Positions 21,458-32,633 of a stretch of DNA of 64,000 nucleotides are shown here, piece after piece. Below the pieces are notes generated by a model, which saw only the letters and a list, made by a program, of their open reading frames with translations, was not told the origin of the DNA and did not search any database. The stretch comes from an uncultured Planctomycetaceae bacterium (GTDB lineage Bacteria; Planctomycetota; Planctomycetia; Isosphaerales; Isosphaeraceae): NCBI GenBank assembly GCA_963833985.1, contig CAWIAD010000001.1:2880001-2944000 (forward strand), given 5' to 3'. Every line of letters starts with the position of its first letter. The stretch's first letter is position 1. The translations under genes were made by a program, and so were the position numbers.

Positions 21458-22721
21458 CAGGGCCAATCACAGTTAGGAGATGCCCAACTTGGTGAAGAGT
21501 TCGCCGACTCGGGCAGCGTTTCTCCTCATGGCCTCCGCGATATTGTTCGCTTGCCACGAGCGCAGCAAACCGATGGCCAGGTTTCGGAACGCTGCCATGA
21601 CCTCTGGCCCAGAGTTCTTGCGGATGCGGCTGGCATCCTCTCCCAGGGTCACGTCGCGTACGTAGTGAGACTTGTTTTCGATCGTCCAATGGCCTCGTGA
21701 CCATTGAAGAAGCCGCTCAGCGCCGGCGACTGCACGCGGCACGCTCGTGATGAAATAGCGAGTCTCCGTCGTGCACTTGCCGTCGCGTTTGACAACCGAC
21801 TCGATCCGACCCACCTGGCTGACACCCGGCCAGTCGAGGTAAGTATTCAGCGCGGTCGTGGCCGTCAGCGTGCGGCGCTCATGGCGGCCGTGCCCTTTGT
21901 CGATCGTCGTCGCCGTGTCCATCGCCTCAAGCCAGAGCCGGCGCTGCCGAGGGGGAAAAAGACCCGTCAGCCTGCGGGGCCATCGCCGCTTGGATGTCGG
22001 CCAGGAGCGTCGGCTGATTGTCTTTGACAACCCAGAGATAATGGCCACCGCTGTCTATGATTTGTCGACTCAGGTCGCGCTGGCAGAACATGGCATCACC
22101 GGTGATCACGCGACCCTCCAGGACCAAGTCCAAGAGCAATTTGAGGGCGGCCTTATGCTCATTGGTCTTATCGACCCCGCCGCGCGGTACCTCGGCTTGG
22201 GCGACCGTCAGCCCTGACTCGTGCGCCACCAGCGAGAGTAGATGGACCGCCTTGCTCAGCCCATCGAAGCTGCCGCGTGCCGACTTGCCATCAAGGGCAA
22301 AAGCTTCAGGGGAACCCGTCTCGGCCGCCGGTAGTCGGCCCATCATGGCGTCGGCCCACCGAGTTAAGGCGGCCTCCAGCGCGGCTGGATCCAAGCTCAT
22401 GAGCACCTTGCGGATCCCGCCGGACTTGGGAGGGCGCCGCGTGAAGCCAAGCCGGTGCATCAGCGCGATGTCATGGTCCTGGGCCCATTGGGCGATCGCC
22501 GCATAGCTGCGGGCTCCGCACATGATGGCGCAACAGGTCAACGCCAGGATCGCTCTAAGCGGATGCTGGCGGCCATGACGGCTGCGAGGGTCCGGAATCT
22601 CGCCGAGGAAATGAAGCAAGCCTAGGAGTGGGGACGCGTCCATGCCATGGCCCTCGTTGGTGTCATCCTGAGCAACGAAGACTTAACTATCTACTCCAGG
22701 CTAAATCTGTCAATAGCCCTG
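21458..22721 (-). mobile_element. ISAs1 family insertion sequence
   Basis: Ends CAGGGC...GCCCTG; perfect 10-bp TSD GCAGGCCGGC at 21448-21457 and 22722-22731. Confidence 0.92.
21473..22643 (-). CDS. ISAs1 transposase in two overlapping frames
   Basis: IPDPR, ALDGK, ITGDAM and VKDNQP in ORF1; KGHGRHERR and RGHWTIEN in ORF2; frame change at TTTTTCCCCC (21951-21960). Confidence 0.9.
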
Positions 22722-22800
22722 GCAGGCCGGCCGGGCACCGGCGCGAAGTTTGTGGCGGAACCCCCGGGCAATTTCGCCCGGACGCTCTTACGATGGTTTC

Positions 22801-25035
22801 ATGGCCCATCATCACCCACTCACCTGGCCTGGGACGCCCATTTTCGGGCCGGCGTCCATCGTCGTGTTCCTCCTCTTGTTCGGATTATCCAGCCTGCCTG
22901 CCGAGGAGCCCGATCCGCCCGTGATCCCGGTCGGCCTGGACGCGATCCGCGAGTGGGAGCGCTGGCCCGTGCTGCGCATCGGCATGCGCACCGCCATGCG
23001 CAGCACCTATGACCGCTCCGGGGGCAACGAGGGAGCCGACGCCAGCCATTTTCTCTACCAGCAAAGTGACGACCGGAATGTCGTGCTTGACCTTCAAGGC
23101 CCGGGAATCGTCTGCTTCGCGCGGTTCAACCACTGGCATGGCAGCCCATGGACGCATGAGGTCGATGGCCAGGTCCATCTCGTTGGCGAGTCGAGCACGG
23201 CCGACCCCAACCATCCTCCGCTTGCGGCGACATTCCTTCCCGCCGCGCTCTTTCCCGAACCGCTCGCCTTCACCTGGGCCAGGACCCGCGGCGCGGACCT
23301 CTCGTGGGTGCCTGTTCCGTTTGAACAGACTTACCGGCTCTCTTACGGCCGCACGCACTACGGCACGGGCTATTTCATTTACCAGCAGTTCGTGCCCGGC
23401 GCTCGGCTCTCCCGGCCGATTCGCCCCTGGGACTTCCAGACCCCGCCGGCCGCCGACGTGCTCGATCTCCTGGCACACTCAACGGCCGATCTGGTTCCTT
23501 CGAGCAGGTCCGAGCAGGCAAGGCAGATGGGCATGCAAGACGTGACGGGCGTCTGCCTGCTCGCGCAGGGGACGAAGCTTGAGCTCAGCCGGCTGGCCGG
23601 CAAGCCCGGCATGATCCGGGCCATCGAGTTCAGCGCACCCCGAGCGCAGGCACTGGCGCTGGGCCGGACCCGGCTGCGGATCACCTGGGACGACCGCCCC
23701 GAACCGTCGGTCGATGCTCCGCTCGCGCTCTTTCATGGTGCCGGAACGCTCTACAACCGGCACGATCAAGAATTCCTGGTGCGTGCCTTCCCAGTGCACG
23801 TGAAGTTCGACCGCGAGCGCGTTCATCTGGCCTGTTATTTCCCGATGCCCTTCTTCGGCTCGGCTCGGGTCGAGCTGGCGGAAGCGCCCGAATTCTTGAA
23901 TGACGTCAGGTGGTCGCTGCGCTGGACTCCGCTGACCGAGCCCGCCGCGCATCTCGCCTATTTTCATGCCACCTATCGCGATCACCCCACCCCGGTGCCC
24001 GGTGCCGACCTGCTGCTGCTGGACACGACCCAGGTTGAAGGCGGTGGCGACTGGTCGGGCCACTTGGTGGGGACGTCGTTCGTCTTCTCGCACCGGGCCG
24101 TTCTGAACACGCTCGAGGGCGACCCGCGGTTCTACTTTGATGACAGCCTCACGCCCCAGGTGCAGGGGACGGGAACCGAGGAGTGGGGCGGGGGCGGTGA
24201 CTACTGGGGCGGGCGCACCATGACCCTGCCGTTCGCCGGCCATCCCGTCGGGGCGCCCGACGAGCAACGTGCGCAGGGGCCGGAAGACCTCATCGAGTCA
24301 GCCTACCGGTACCTGCTCTCGGACCTGATGCCGTTCGGCAAGAACGCGCGCATCACCCTGGAACACGGCGGCACGAACCAGTCGACCGAGCATTACGAGA
24401 CCCTCGCCTTGTGGTATGGCCGGCCGGGAGCGACCCTGGTGCGAACCGACTCGTTCCAGGTTGGCGATGCCTCCAGCGAGACCGCGCATGGCTACCAGTC
24501 GCCCGTGGCAAGCCCGGTCTACGAGATTCGCTCGCGTTTCGAGTGGGGCGTGGACCACCTGGGAGGACGCGAGATCTTCCCGGCTCGGGTCGAGCGGGGC
24601 CGGACCACCACGGGCAGCTCCGAGTTCACGCTCAAGCTCGATCCGAAGAACGTGGGCGTGATGCTCCGGCGGCGGCTCGACTACGCCTTCCCGGACCAGC
24701 GCGCGGAGATCGACGTGGCCGATGTGCGCCCGGGCGAGCCGGACTGGAAACGCGCGGGGACGTGGTACCTGGCCGGCTCGAACACGTGCGTTTATTCGAA
24801 CCCGCGCGAAGAGCTCGGCCAGACGCAGCACATCGCGCAGACGTCGAACCGCCGGCTCCGTGAGGATGAATTCCTGCTGCCGCTCGAGCTCACGCGCGGC
24901 CGGTCCGTCATCCGGGTGCGGGCTCGGTTCACGCCTGTCGCGCGCCCCCTCTATCCAGGCCATCCCATCCCGCCCCTGGCCTGGAGCGAGATTCGCTATG
25001 ATGCCTATAGCTTTGTCATGCCACGCCCGGGATGA
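22801..25035 (+). CDS. DUF2961 (GH172-like) domain protein
   Basis: STYDRSGGN, CYFPMPF, LEGD, GTGTEE and LEHG motifs; signal-like N-terminus. Confidence 0.75.
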   Translation: MAHHHPLTWPGTPIFGPASIVVFLLLFGLSSLPAEEPDPPVIPVGLDAIREWERWPVLRIGMRTAMRSTYDRSGGNEGADASHFLYQQSDDRNVVLDLQGPGIVCFARFNHWHGSPWTHEVDGQVHLVGESSTADPNHPPLAATFLPAALFPEPLAFTWARTRGADLSWVPVPFEQTYRLSYGRTHYGTGYFIYQQFVPGARLSRPIRPWDFQTPPAADVLDLLAHSTADLVPSSRSEQARQMGMQDVTGVCLLAQGTKLELSRLAGKPGMIRAIEFSAPRAQALALGRTRLRITWDDRPEPSVDAPLALFHGAGTLYNRHDQEFLVRAFPVHVKFDRERVHLACYFPMPFFGSARVELAEAPEFLNDVRWSLRWTPLTEPAAHLAYFHATYRDHPTPVPGADLLLLDTTQVEGGGDWSGHLVGTSFVFSHRAVLNTLEGDPRFYFDDSLTPQVQGTGTEEWGGGGDYWGGRTMTLPFAGHPVGAPDEQRAQGPEDLIESAYRYLLSDLMPFGKNARITLEHGGTNQSTEHYETLALWYGRPGATLVRTDSFQVGDASSETAHGYQSPVASPVYEIRSRFEWGVDHLGGREIFPARVERGRTTTGSSEFTLKLDPKNVGVMLRRRLDYAFPDQRAEIDVADVRPGEPDWKRAGTWYLAGSNTCVYSNPREELGQTQHIAQTSNRRLREDEFLLPLELTRGRSVIRVRARFTPVARPLYPGHPIPPLAWSEIRYDAYSFVMPRPG

Positions 25036-25214
25036 GCCGTTGCCGCCGTGAAGAATGAACGCGTCGGCGGTAAGATCGTCTCGAGAGTGTCCTCGAGGCA
25101 CGTTCATTGCCCCGCTGGGCGAGAGTCGCTTGAATGAGCCGGGCCAATACGTCGAGCACGGAACCTGGCATGTCCCCAGACGCCTCCCGAACCACGGGAC
25201 CGGGCGCAATTATT

Positions 25215-25549
25215 GGTCTACCGAACGATACAACGCAGCTTGCGCCGCAGTATTCGCAGCCGCCGGGCAAGGCAAGGATGAACCGCAACCCGATGACGCA
25301 GCAAGGGCGAAGCTACGCCAGCAGGCATTGGGCTGGCTGAAGGCCGACCTGCTGGCACTGCCCGAATTACCCCGGCGATCAGTCCCACAAGAGGTGCGCT
25401 GGCCGAATCAGTGGAAGCGAGACCCCGACCTCGCGGGAGTTCGTGACGCCGATGCGCTGGCGAAGCTGCCTGCCGACGAGCAGCGTGAGTGGCGGGCACT
25501 CTGGGCAGAGATTGATTCGGTCCGGAAGCGCGCGGAGAGTTCGCAGTAG
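25215..25549 (+). pseudogene. Orphan C-terminal fragment of a kinase/TPR-type protein
   Basis: RYNAACAA...LRQQALGWLKADL...DPDLAGVRD...WRALWAE resembles planctomycete kinase-TPR tails; no N-terminal part is present. Confidence 0.55.
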
Positions 25550-25650
25550 GAACGTGAAGATGACCATGGCTTTCCGTCCGACCTTTGAGATCGGTGATGC
25601 CCGTCAGGGGCAGGAGACATGTTTCCCAGGCAAGGAGAGGCAGATCCCCC

Positions 25651-26425
25651 ATGCTCGGAGCCATCGCCGGGGACATCATCGGCTCGGTCTACGAGGCGCG
25701 CCCCATCAAGACAACCCGTTTTCGCCTCTTCCACCCGTTGTGCCGGTTCACCGACGACACGGTGCTCACGGTTGCCCTGGCGGACAGCTTGCTGCATGGT
25801 GCCGCCTTACGTCGGGCTTTTGAAGCAGTACTACCGGGCTTACCCACACGCCGGCTACGGCGGCTCCTTCCATAAGTGGGCGCAGTCGGAAGATCCGCGG
25901 CCTTACAATAGCTGGGGCAACGGCTCGGCGATGAGGGTCAGTCCGGTCGGCTTCGCTTGCGCCACCCTGGACGAGGTGCTGTCGCAGGCGCAGCGAAGTG
26001 CCGAGGTGACACACGATCACCCGGAGGGGATCAAGGGAGCGCAGGCGATCGCCTCGGCGGTCTTCCTTGCCCGCACCGGTCAGAGCAAGGATCAGCTCAA
26101 GGCTTACGTGGAGCAGACCTTCGGATACAACCTCGACAGGTCGCTGGATGAGATCCGTCCCAGGTACCAGTTCGAGGTCTCTTGCCAGAAATCGGTGCCG
26201 CAGGCGATCCGGGCGTTCCTGGAATCGGAAGACTTCGAGGACGCCGTGCGCAAGGCCATCTCGTTGGGCGGCGACAGCGACACCCTGGCCTGCATGGCCG
26301 GAGCGATCGCCCAGGCGTTTTTCGGCGGCGTTCCGGAGGCAATCAGCAGTCGCGTCTACGAGCTGCTCGACGACCGGCTGGGCACAGTGACCCGCAAGTT
26401 TACCGAGTCGTTCGGCTGCTCGTGA
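25651..26425 (+). CDS. ADP-ribosylglycohydrolase family protein, frameshifted near 25800
   Basis: GAIAGDIIGS, FTDDT, SWGNGSAMR and GGDSDT motifs. Confidence 0.9.
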
Positions 26426-26663
26426 GGATAGCGTTCCTCGCAGGGACTCTCGTGCACGAAGGGCGATCCGGGGCAAAGCTCTCGCCCTGGTGCGGACTCA
26501 ACAATTCACCTGTGATCCACAACGTCTTGAAAGAGTTCTCCATCTCCGCCAGGACGTGGTGTGCCTTCCGGGGCCATGGGAACGGGCGTTGACGCCAGGC
26601 AATGACAGCCTTAGGCTCAGTACCGTTGAAATAGCACTAACGAAAAGGGGCAAGAGGCTTGCG

Positions 26664-26808
26664 ACAGACTTGTTCCCACGCTCTGCGTGGGAACACTGGT
26701 CGGGACGCTCGGCGTCCCATGGATTTCCCAGCCTGAGCACGGGCCCAAACCACGCGGAGCGTGGCGGACGGCATTCCCACGCGGAGCGTGGGAACGAGGG
26801 ACAAACCT
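26664..26808. repeat. REPIN-like palindromic repeat, copy 2
   Basis: TTCCCACGCTCTGCGTGGGAA and TTCCCACGCGGAGCGTGGGAA hairpins; inverted homolog of 1742-1894. Confidence 0.8.
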
Positions 26809-26862
26809 ATGCCTGTACTCAACTTATCTCTATTCCAACGGTATTGGCTTTAGGCTGCATCC

Positions 26863-27432
26863 ATGGGCTTTGAAGTCGAGGTCAAGTATCGTGCGGTCGA
26901 TCATGACCGGCTTGCTCGCCAGCTGGCGGAGCTGGGCGCGGTTGCCGGGCCGGTGATCGACCAGGAAGACGTCTATCTCAGCCACCCGGCGCGGGATTTC
27001 GCACGGACCAACGAGGCCTTTCGCATTCGCAGGATGGGCGACGACAACCGGATCACGTACAAGGGACCCAGGCGGGCCGGGCCGACGAAGACGCGCGAGG
27101 AGATCGAGATCGGCTTCACATCGGGTCATGAGCCGTTCCTCGGGCTCTTGAAGCTGTTCGAGAACCTGGGTTTCAGCCCCGTGGCCACGGTTCGCAAGCG
27201 CAGGGAGAGCTTTCAGGTGACTTTCCTGGGCCACCACCTGGAGATCGCCCTGGACAGCGCCGAAGGGCTCGGGGCGTTTGCGGAGATCGAGACATTCGCC
27301 AGGGACGAGGCCGACCTGGCTGCCGCGCAGGATGCCGTGCTGGTGCTGGCCGGCCGGCTCGGTCTGACCGAGATCGAACCCCGCTCGTACCTCAGGATGG
27401 TCCTCGATCGTAAGCACGCACCTCCAGGATGA
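26863..27432 (+). CDS. cyaB: CYTH domain protein (class IV adenylate cyclase-like)
   Basis: EVEVK, QEDVY, ITYKGP and AEIE motifs. Confidence 0.85.
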   Translation: MGFEVEVKYRAVDHDRLARQLAELGAVAGPVIDQEDVYLSHPARDFARTNEAFRIRRMGDDNRITYKGPRRAGPTKTREEIEIGFTSGHEPFLGLLKLFENLGFSPVATVRKRRESFQVTFLGHHLEIALDSAEGLGAFAEIETFARDEADLAAAQDAVLVLAGRLGLTEIEPRSYLRMVLDRKHAPPG

Positions 27433-27438
27433 TTGACC

Positions 27439-28449
27439 ATGCTCGTCGTGATGCAAAGCCATGCCACGCCCGTTCAGATCGATCGCGTGCTGGATGTGAT
27501 TCGAGAGATGGGACTGGCGCCGCACGCCATGCCCGGGCCCACGCGAACGGCCATCGGCATCACGGGCAACACCGGCGCGGTGGATCCGCACGTCCTGGCG
27601 GTGCTTCCCGGGGTCCTGGAGCTGATCCGGGTCACCAAGCCCTACAAGCTGGCCAGCCGCGAGATGCACCAGCATGACACCGTGATCTCGCTGCCGCAGG
27701 GAACGATCGGCGGCTCCCGCCCGGTGATCATCGCCGGCCCCTGCGCGGTGGAGAACGAGGAGACGCTCTTGCGGACGGCGGACTGGTTGATGGAGCGCGG
27801 GGTCCGGTTCCTGCGTGCCGGCGCGTTCAAACCGCGGACCAGCCCTTACGCCTTCCAGGGCCTGGGACTGGAAGGCCTGGAAATCCTTCGCAGAGCGCGC
27901 CAGAAGACCGGGATCGCCATCGTCACCGAGCTCATGGACACCGAGCACGCCGACGCGGTGGAAGACGCGGCCGATATCATCCAGATTGGCACGCGCAACA
28001 TGCAGAACCATAGCCTGCTGCGGCGAGTGTCACGCGCCCGCAAGCCGGTCCTGCTGAAGCGCGGGATGTCGGCCACGCTCGAGGAATGGCTCATGTCCGC
28101 CGAGTACGTCCTGGCCGGTGGAAATTACGAGGTGATGCTCTGCGAGCGCGGCGTGCGCACGTTCTCGGATCACAGCCGCAACACGCTCGACCTGTCGGTG
28201 ATTCCGCCGGTCCGGAAGCTCTCGCACCTGCCCATCCTGGTCGACCCCAGCCACGGCACGGGCAAGCGCGAGGACGTTCCGCCGATGGCTCTGGCCGCCC
28301 TGGCCGCTGGCGCGCACGGACTGCTGATCGAGGTGCACCCTGACCCCGACCATGCGCTCTCCGACGGGGCCCAGTCGCTGGATTTCCCCAGCTTCGAGCG
28401 CCTGCTGGAACAGCTCCGGAAGCTGGCGGACTTCCTGCTCAGTCCGTGA
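27439..28449 (+). CDS. aroF: DAHP synthase (type I-beta)
   Basis: IAGPCAVE, FKPRTSPY, LLKRG, CERG and DPSH motifs. Confidence 0.93.
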   Translation: MLVVMQSHATPVQIDRVLDVIREMGLAPHAMPGPTRTAIGITGNTGAVDPHVLAVLPGVLELIRVTKPYKLASREMHQHDTVISLPQGTIGGSRPVIIAGPCAVENEETLLRTADWLMERGVRFLRAGAFKPRTSPYAFQGLGLEGLEILRRARQKTGIAIVTELMDTEHADAVEDAADIIQIGTRNMQNHSLLRRVSRARKPVLLKRGMSATLEEWLMSAEYVLAGGNYEVMLCERGVRTFSDHSRNTLDLSVIPPVRKLSHLPILVDPSHGTGKREDVPPMALAALAAGAHGLLIEVHPDPDHALSDGAQSLDFPSFERLLEQLRKLADFLLSP

Positions 28450-29683
28450 GTTCGGGCAGTTCCAGCGCCTCGTGCTCGCGAGCGCCTGCCTCGTGGGGGC
28501 CCCGATAAACGGCCTTGCGCCCGCCCTGCGAGTTCAACCAGGCCACGATGCTTTCCGCGGCACGCTGGCTGGCGCCTGGACGGGCCACGCGATGCCGCAG
28601 CGCGGCGAGGTTGGCCGTGGTCCGTGCGCGCGCCAGCGGGTCGTCGAGCCAGGTCTGCGCCCACTGCGCCAGCTCGCCGGAGACGTCATGCACGGTGAGG
28701 TACTCGGGCATCAATTCGGCGTCCGCCAGCAGGTTGACCAGGGTGATGTACCTGGCCTTGATGAACGGCCGGGCGATCCAGAGATCGAACCGGTTGAGCT
28801 TGTAGAGGATCACCGTGGGCAGCGCATCCATCATCAATTCGAGGCTCACCGAGCCGGAAACGGCCCAGGCGGCGTCGGCCAGGCGGATGAGCTCGCCGGT
28901 GCGGGCGGCAAAGACCTCGATCCTGGGCGCCGTCGAGTCCTCGCTCTGGAGGCCGGCAGCCCGGATGACCTGCTCGGCCAGCTCGCGATGTCGTTCATGC
29001 AGGCAAGCCACGGCGAACCGCGTGTCCGGACGGGCCCGTGCCAGCCTGGCCGCGGCGCGGACCATGATCGGCAGATTCCGGGTCAGCTCCTGGGTCCGCG
29101 AGCCGGGCAGAATGGCCACCAGCGGACGCCCGGCGCACTGGGACTTCATTGACTCCATGAACGTCTCATCGAGCTCCCGCTCGGAAAGCTCGTCGAAGTA
29201 AGGGTGGCCGACGTATTCGGCTTGCGGCACGCCGCGCGTGGTACCAGGCGGGCTCGAACGGCAGGCTGCACAGCACCAGGTCCACATCGCGCTGGACTTT
29301 CTTGACACGCCAGCCGGCCCAGGCCCAGATCTGGGGAGGAACGTAATAGAACACGGGCACGCCGCGCGCCGGGCGCGTCTGGCCAGCCACCAGTGCAAGC
29401 CCGGGTAGTCCACAAGCACCAGCGCATCGGGCTTCTGGTCGCGGAAAAAACGATCCGCCAGCATGATCAGACGGATGAAGGTGATGATGTTCAGGAGCAC
29501 GTTGAGAAACCACATCACCGCCAGGTTCACCAGGGGATAGAGCAGCCTGGCACCCCCCGCGCTCATCTTGGGCCCGCCGAAACCGACGAACTCGGCATCG
29601 GGGATGCGCATGCGCAGGGCTTCCATCAGGTTCGCGGCGTGGAGGTCGCCGCTCGGCTCGCCAGCCGAGATGAAGATCGTCAT
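28439..29683 (-). CDS. lpxB: Lipid-A-disaccharide synthase, local frameshifts at about 29230-29370
   Basis: AGEPSGD, DYPG, YVPPQIWAW (alternate frame), VGHP and LPGSR motifs. Confidence 0.9.
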   Translation of the reverse strand: MTIFISAGEPSGDLHAANLMEALRMRIPDAEFVGFGGPKMSAGGARLLYPLVNLAVMWFLNVLLNIITFIRLIMLADRFFRDQKPDALVLVDYPGLHWWLARRARRAACPCSITFLPRSGPGPAGVSRKSSAMWTWCCAACRSSPPGTTRGVPQAEYVGHPYFDELSERELDETFMESMKSQCAGRPLVAILPGSRTQELTRNLPIMVRAAARLARARPDTRFAVACLHERHRELAEQVIRAAGLQSEDSTAPRIEVFAARTGELIRLADAAWAVSGSVSLELMMDALPTVILYKLNRFDLWIARPFIKARYITLVNLLADAELMPEYLTVHDVSGELAQWAQTWLDDPLARARTTANLAALRHRVARPGASQRAAESIVAWLNSQGGRKAVYRGPHEAGAREHEALELPELTD

Positions 29684-29890
29684 GGTCAGGCCTCGCTTCC
29701 GTGCTGGGAGAAGTTGAACCGCGCGCGGAGACCCCGTCATCGTGGCCGGTCTTGAACTGCGGCCAACCTGGCATCCTCAATCTGCTGCGGCGAAACCTAG
29801 CAGAAAGGGTGAGGTCTGAGAAGGCAAATCGGCCCTCCGACGGGGGGCCGGCCAGAGGTCTCTACCGCGTGCTTGCTCTGGGGCGGCCCG

Positions 29891-31359
29891 TCACGGAGTG
29901 ACTGGAGAAGAAGCGGGTGCGGACACAGCGCCGTTCTCCGGATCGGCGTCGTCCGGCAGGTTCAATTCCTTGATCCTGCGGTAGAGCCGGGGACGGGAAA
30001 TACCCAGCAGCTCCGCGGCCCTGGATTTGTTCTGCCGGGCGCGGGACAGTGCGTTCTCGATCATCCGGCGCTCGATCTCGGTCAGGAGGTTGTCCAGGGG
30101 CTTGACGGGCGAGTCGGGAACCGGAGGCAGGTAGGCCGCGCCCCGGTGTCCGCGGATGGTTGCGGGAAGGTCGTCCACGTCGAGCAGGTCCATCGGCCCA
30201 TCCTCGCGATGGCGCGCACGCACCAGCTCGTGCGCCGTGTCGATGGCACGGGCCAGCTCGCTCAGGTTTCCCGGCCAGTCATACTTCTCGAGGACCGCGG
30301 ATGCCTCCGGAGTGAAGCCCCCGCAGGTCGCGCCGGTGCGCTGGTTGCGCGCTCGAGAAACCACTGCGCCAGCAGGGGCACGTCCTGGCGTCGATCGCGG
30401 AGTGGCAGGGTGCGCAGAACCAGGGCGCTGAGGCCGTAGTAGAGTGCGGGATGAAGCCGCTCTTGCGCCATCGCGGTTTCGGGGTCTCCCGAAGTGGTGG
30501 CGATCAGCCGCACGGGACCGTCGAGCACGCTGGCGAGCCGGGCCTGGAGGTCGCGTGGCAAGGCCAGCACGTCGCTGATCAGGAGCGTCGAGCCCGCAGC
30601 CAGCGACAGCCGGCCTGGCAAGGAGGCTGTCGGGGCGCCATCGTGGTCCTCACCGGCCTCTGGTGGGTGTGTCCCAAAGAGCTGCCGCTCGATGACCCCG
30701 GCCGGGAGGGCCTCGCAGTCGATCGCCACGAGCGCATGGCCGCGGCTGGCTCCCAGGTGATGGATGACGCGTGCCAGGTATTTTTTCCCGGTTCCGGGCT
30801 CACCCACGATGAGCACCGCGGCTGAAGAATTCGCGGCCAGGCGAACCTGGTCAAGAATCCGCAGGTGCGCCGGGCCCGTGCCGACGAGCGACTCGCTGCC
30901 GTGCGACGCCTGGAGCCTCTGCCGCAGTTCCATCAGGCGGACCCGCAGCGCGGACGCTCGTGAGTCGGCCACGCTTGGGGGTGCGGCTGCCTCGCGAACC
31001 TGGCCCAGCAGGCCGATGAGCGCACCGGAGCGGTCGCGCACCGGCCAGAACTCGACCCGCTTCCAGAGCCGCTCGCCACTGGCCTGGACAATGGTGGTCA
31101 AGCTTCCCGTCGGCTGGCCGTCGATCGCCTCCGGCGGTGGAACGAAGCTGGCGGCCACATCGGCGGGTTCCGTACCATCCGCAGGGGCATACGCCGCACA
31201 GGTCTGGCCAAGAATGACTTCCGCCGGGTGTCCTGTCAGCTCTTCCCAGGCGCGGTTCACCCAGGCGAAGCGCAGCCCCTGGTCGAGCCAGAACAACGGC
31301 TCTTGCGCGTGCTGCCAGAGCTGATCCGGTTTGAAGGCCGTAGCGCGTGGAGGCGCCAT
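29891..31359 (-). CDS. PAS-AAA+-Fis HTH transcriptional regulator, frameshifted near 30355
   Basis: GEPGTGK, LPLRDR, WPGN and AAELLGISRPRLYR motifs; no GAFTGA. Confidence 0.8.
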
Positions 31360-31523
31360 GAAATGTGCCTTAACCTGGTAGTAAGGGAGAGGCGGCCCGG
31401 GCTTCAGCCGCCGGATCGATCCCGCATCGGGTCGTGATTCGACGATCCTCACCAACCTCGGGACTTCCGTTCCGCTCAACATCGCTCTGCCGGCTGCCGA
31501 AGGCAAGAAAAAAGCGAGGAACC

Positions 31524-32633
31524 ATGAACAAGCCCCGGACCAATCGCGTGATCGATCGCCCCCCCGGGCGGATGGTCGCCCTGGATGGCGGTACATCGAA
31601 CACCCGTGCCCGGTTGCTCGTTGACGGCCGGATCGTGGCGACGGCCCGGCGCGCGATCGGTGTGCGGGACACGGTGCTGGACGCCGGATCGGCACGGGGA
31701 AGGCTTGCCGATGCGGTCAGGGAGGTGATCGCCGAGGTCTTCGCTCACGCCGCGGGGCAGGGAGAGGGACCGCCTTCACCCGATGATGACTGTCTCATCG
31801 TCGCGGCCGGGATGCTCTCGTCCGAGGCCGGGCTGCACGAGGTGCCGCACGTCGTTGCGCCGGCGGGAGTGGCCGAGCTCGCCGGCGGCGTGGTCACGCA
31901 CGATTTCCCGGAGATCTGCCCCTGGCCCATTCACTTCATACCGGGAATACGCACCCCCGCGGAGGCGGGCGCTCTCGGCTGGACCCACGCCGACGTCATG
32001 CGCGGCGAGGAATGTGAAACCCTGGGCGCCCTGATCGGGCTGAACGACCAGGGGTCTGCCGTGACGGACGGCGCTGCGAAGGTGTTCCTCTGGCCGGGCT
32101 CGCACACCAAGGTCGTGGAGGTGGACGGACAAGGCCGGATCACCCGGAGCCATACCACGCTCACGGGAGAGATCATCCAGTCAGTTGCCCGCCATACGCT
32201 GCTCGCGGGCAGCCTCCCCGAGGAATTGCCCGAGACCCTGGATCTTCCCGCTGCCGACGCCGGCGCAACGGCCGCACGGGAGGAGGGGCTGGCGCGCGCG
32301 GCGTTTCTGGTCCGGCTGTCCGCTCTGCTGAGCACGCTGGGTCCCGCGCAGCGTGCGTCGTTCTGGATCAGCGCGGTGGTGGCCGACGATGTACGGCACC
32401 TGGTCCGCCAGCCCATGCTGAGCGCTCCAGGGCAGGTGTGGGTGGGCGGACGCGAACCGCTCCGCACGCTCTACGCGCGCATGATTTCCCGGCACCACGA
32501 CGGCCGCGTCCACACGCTCGACCAGGCACTCGCGGAGGCGGCCTCCGCGCTCGGTGCAATGGCGGTGGTGCGGGCCAGTCTGGACAGGCAGCGAAGCGGC
32601 GACGGATCAATCGTCGCTGAACCGGCTCCATGA
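31524..32633 (+). CDS. dgoK: 2-dehydro-3-deoxygalactonokinase family protein
   Basis: DGGTSNTR, DVMRGEE and PGSHTK motifs. Confidence 0.8.
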   Translation: MNKPRTNRVIDRPPGRMVALDGGTSNTRARLLVDGRIVATARRAIGVRDTVLDAGSARGRLADAVREVIAEVFAHAAGQGEGPPSPDDDCLIVAAGMLSSEAGLHEVPHVVAPAGVAELAGGVVTHDFPEICPWPIHFIPGIRTPAEAGALGWTHADVMRGEECETLGALIGLNDQGSAVTDGAAKVFLWPGSHTKVVEVDGQGRITRSHTTLTGEIIQSVARHTLLAGSLPEELPETLDLPAADAGATAAREEGLARAAFLVRLSALLSTLGPAQRASFWISAVVADDVRHLVRQPMLSAPGQVWVGGREPLRTLYARMISRHHDGRVHTLDQALAEAASALGAMAVVRASLDRQRSGDGSIVAEPAP

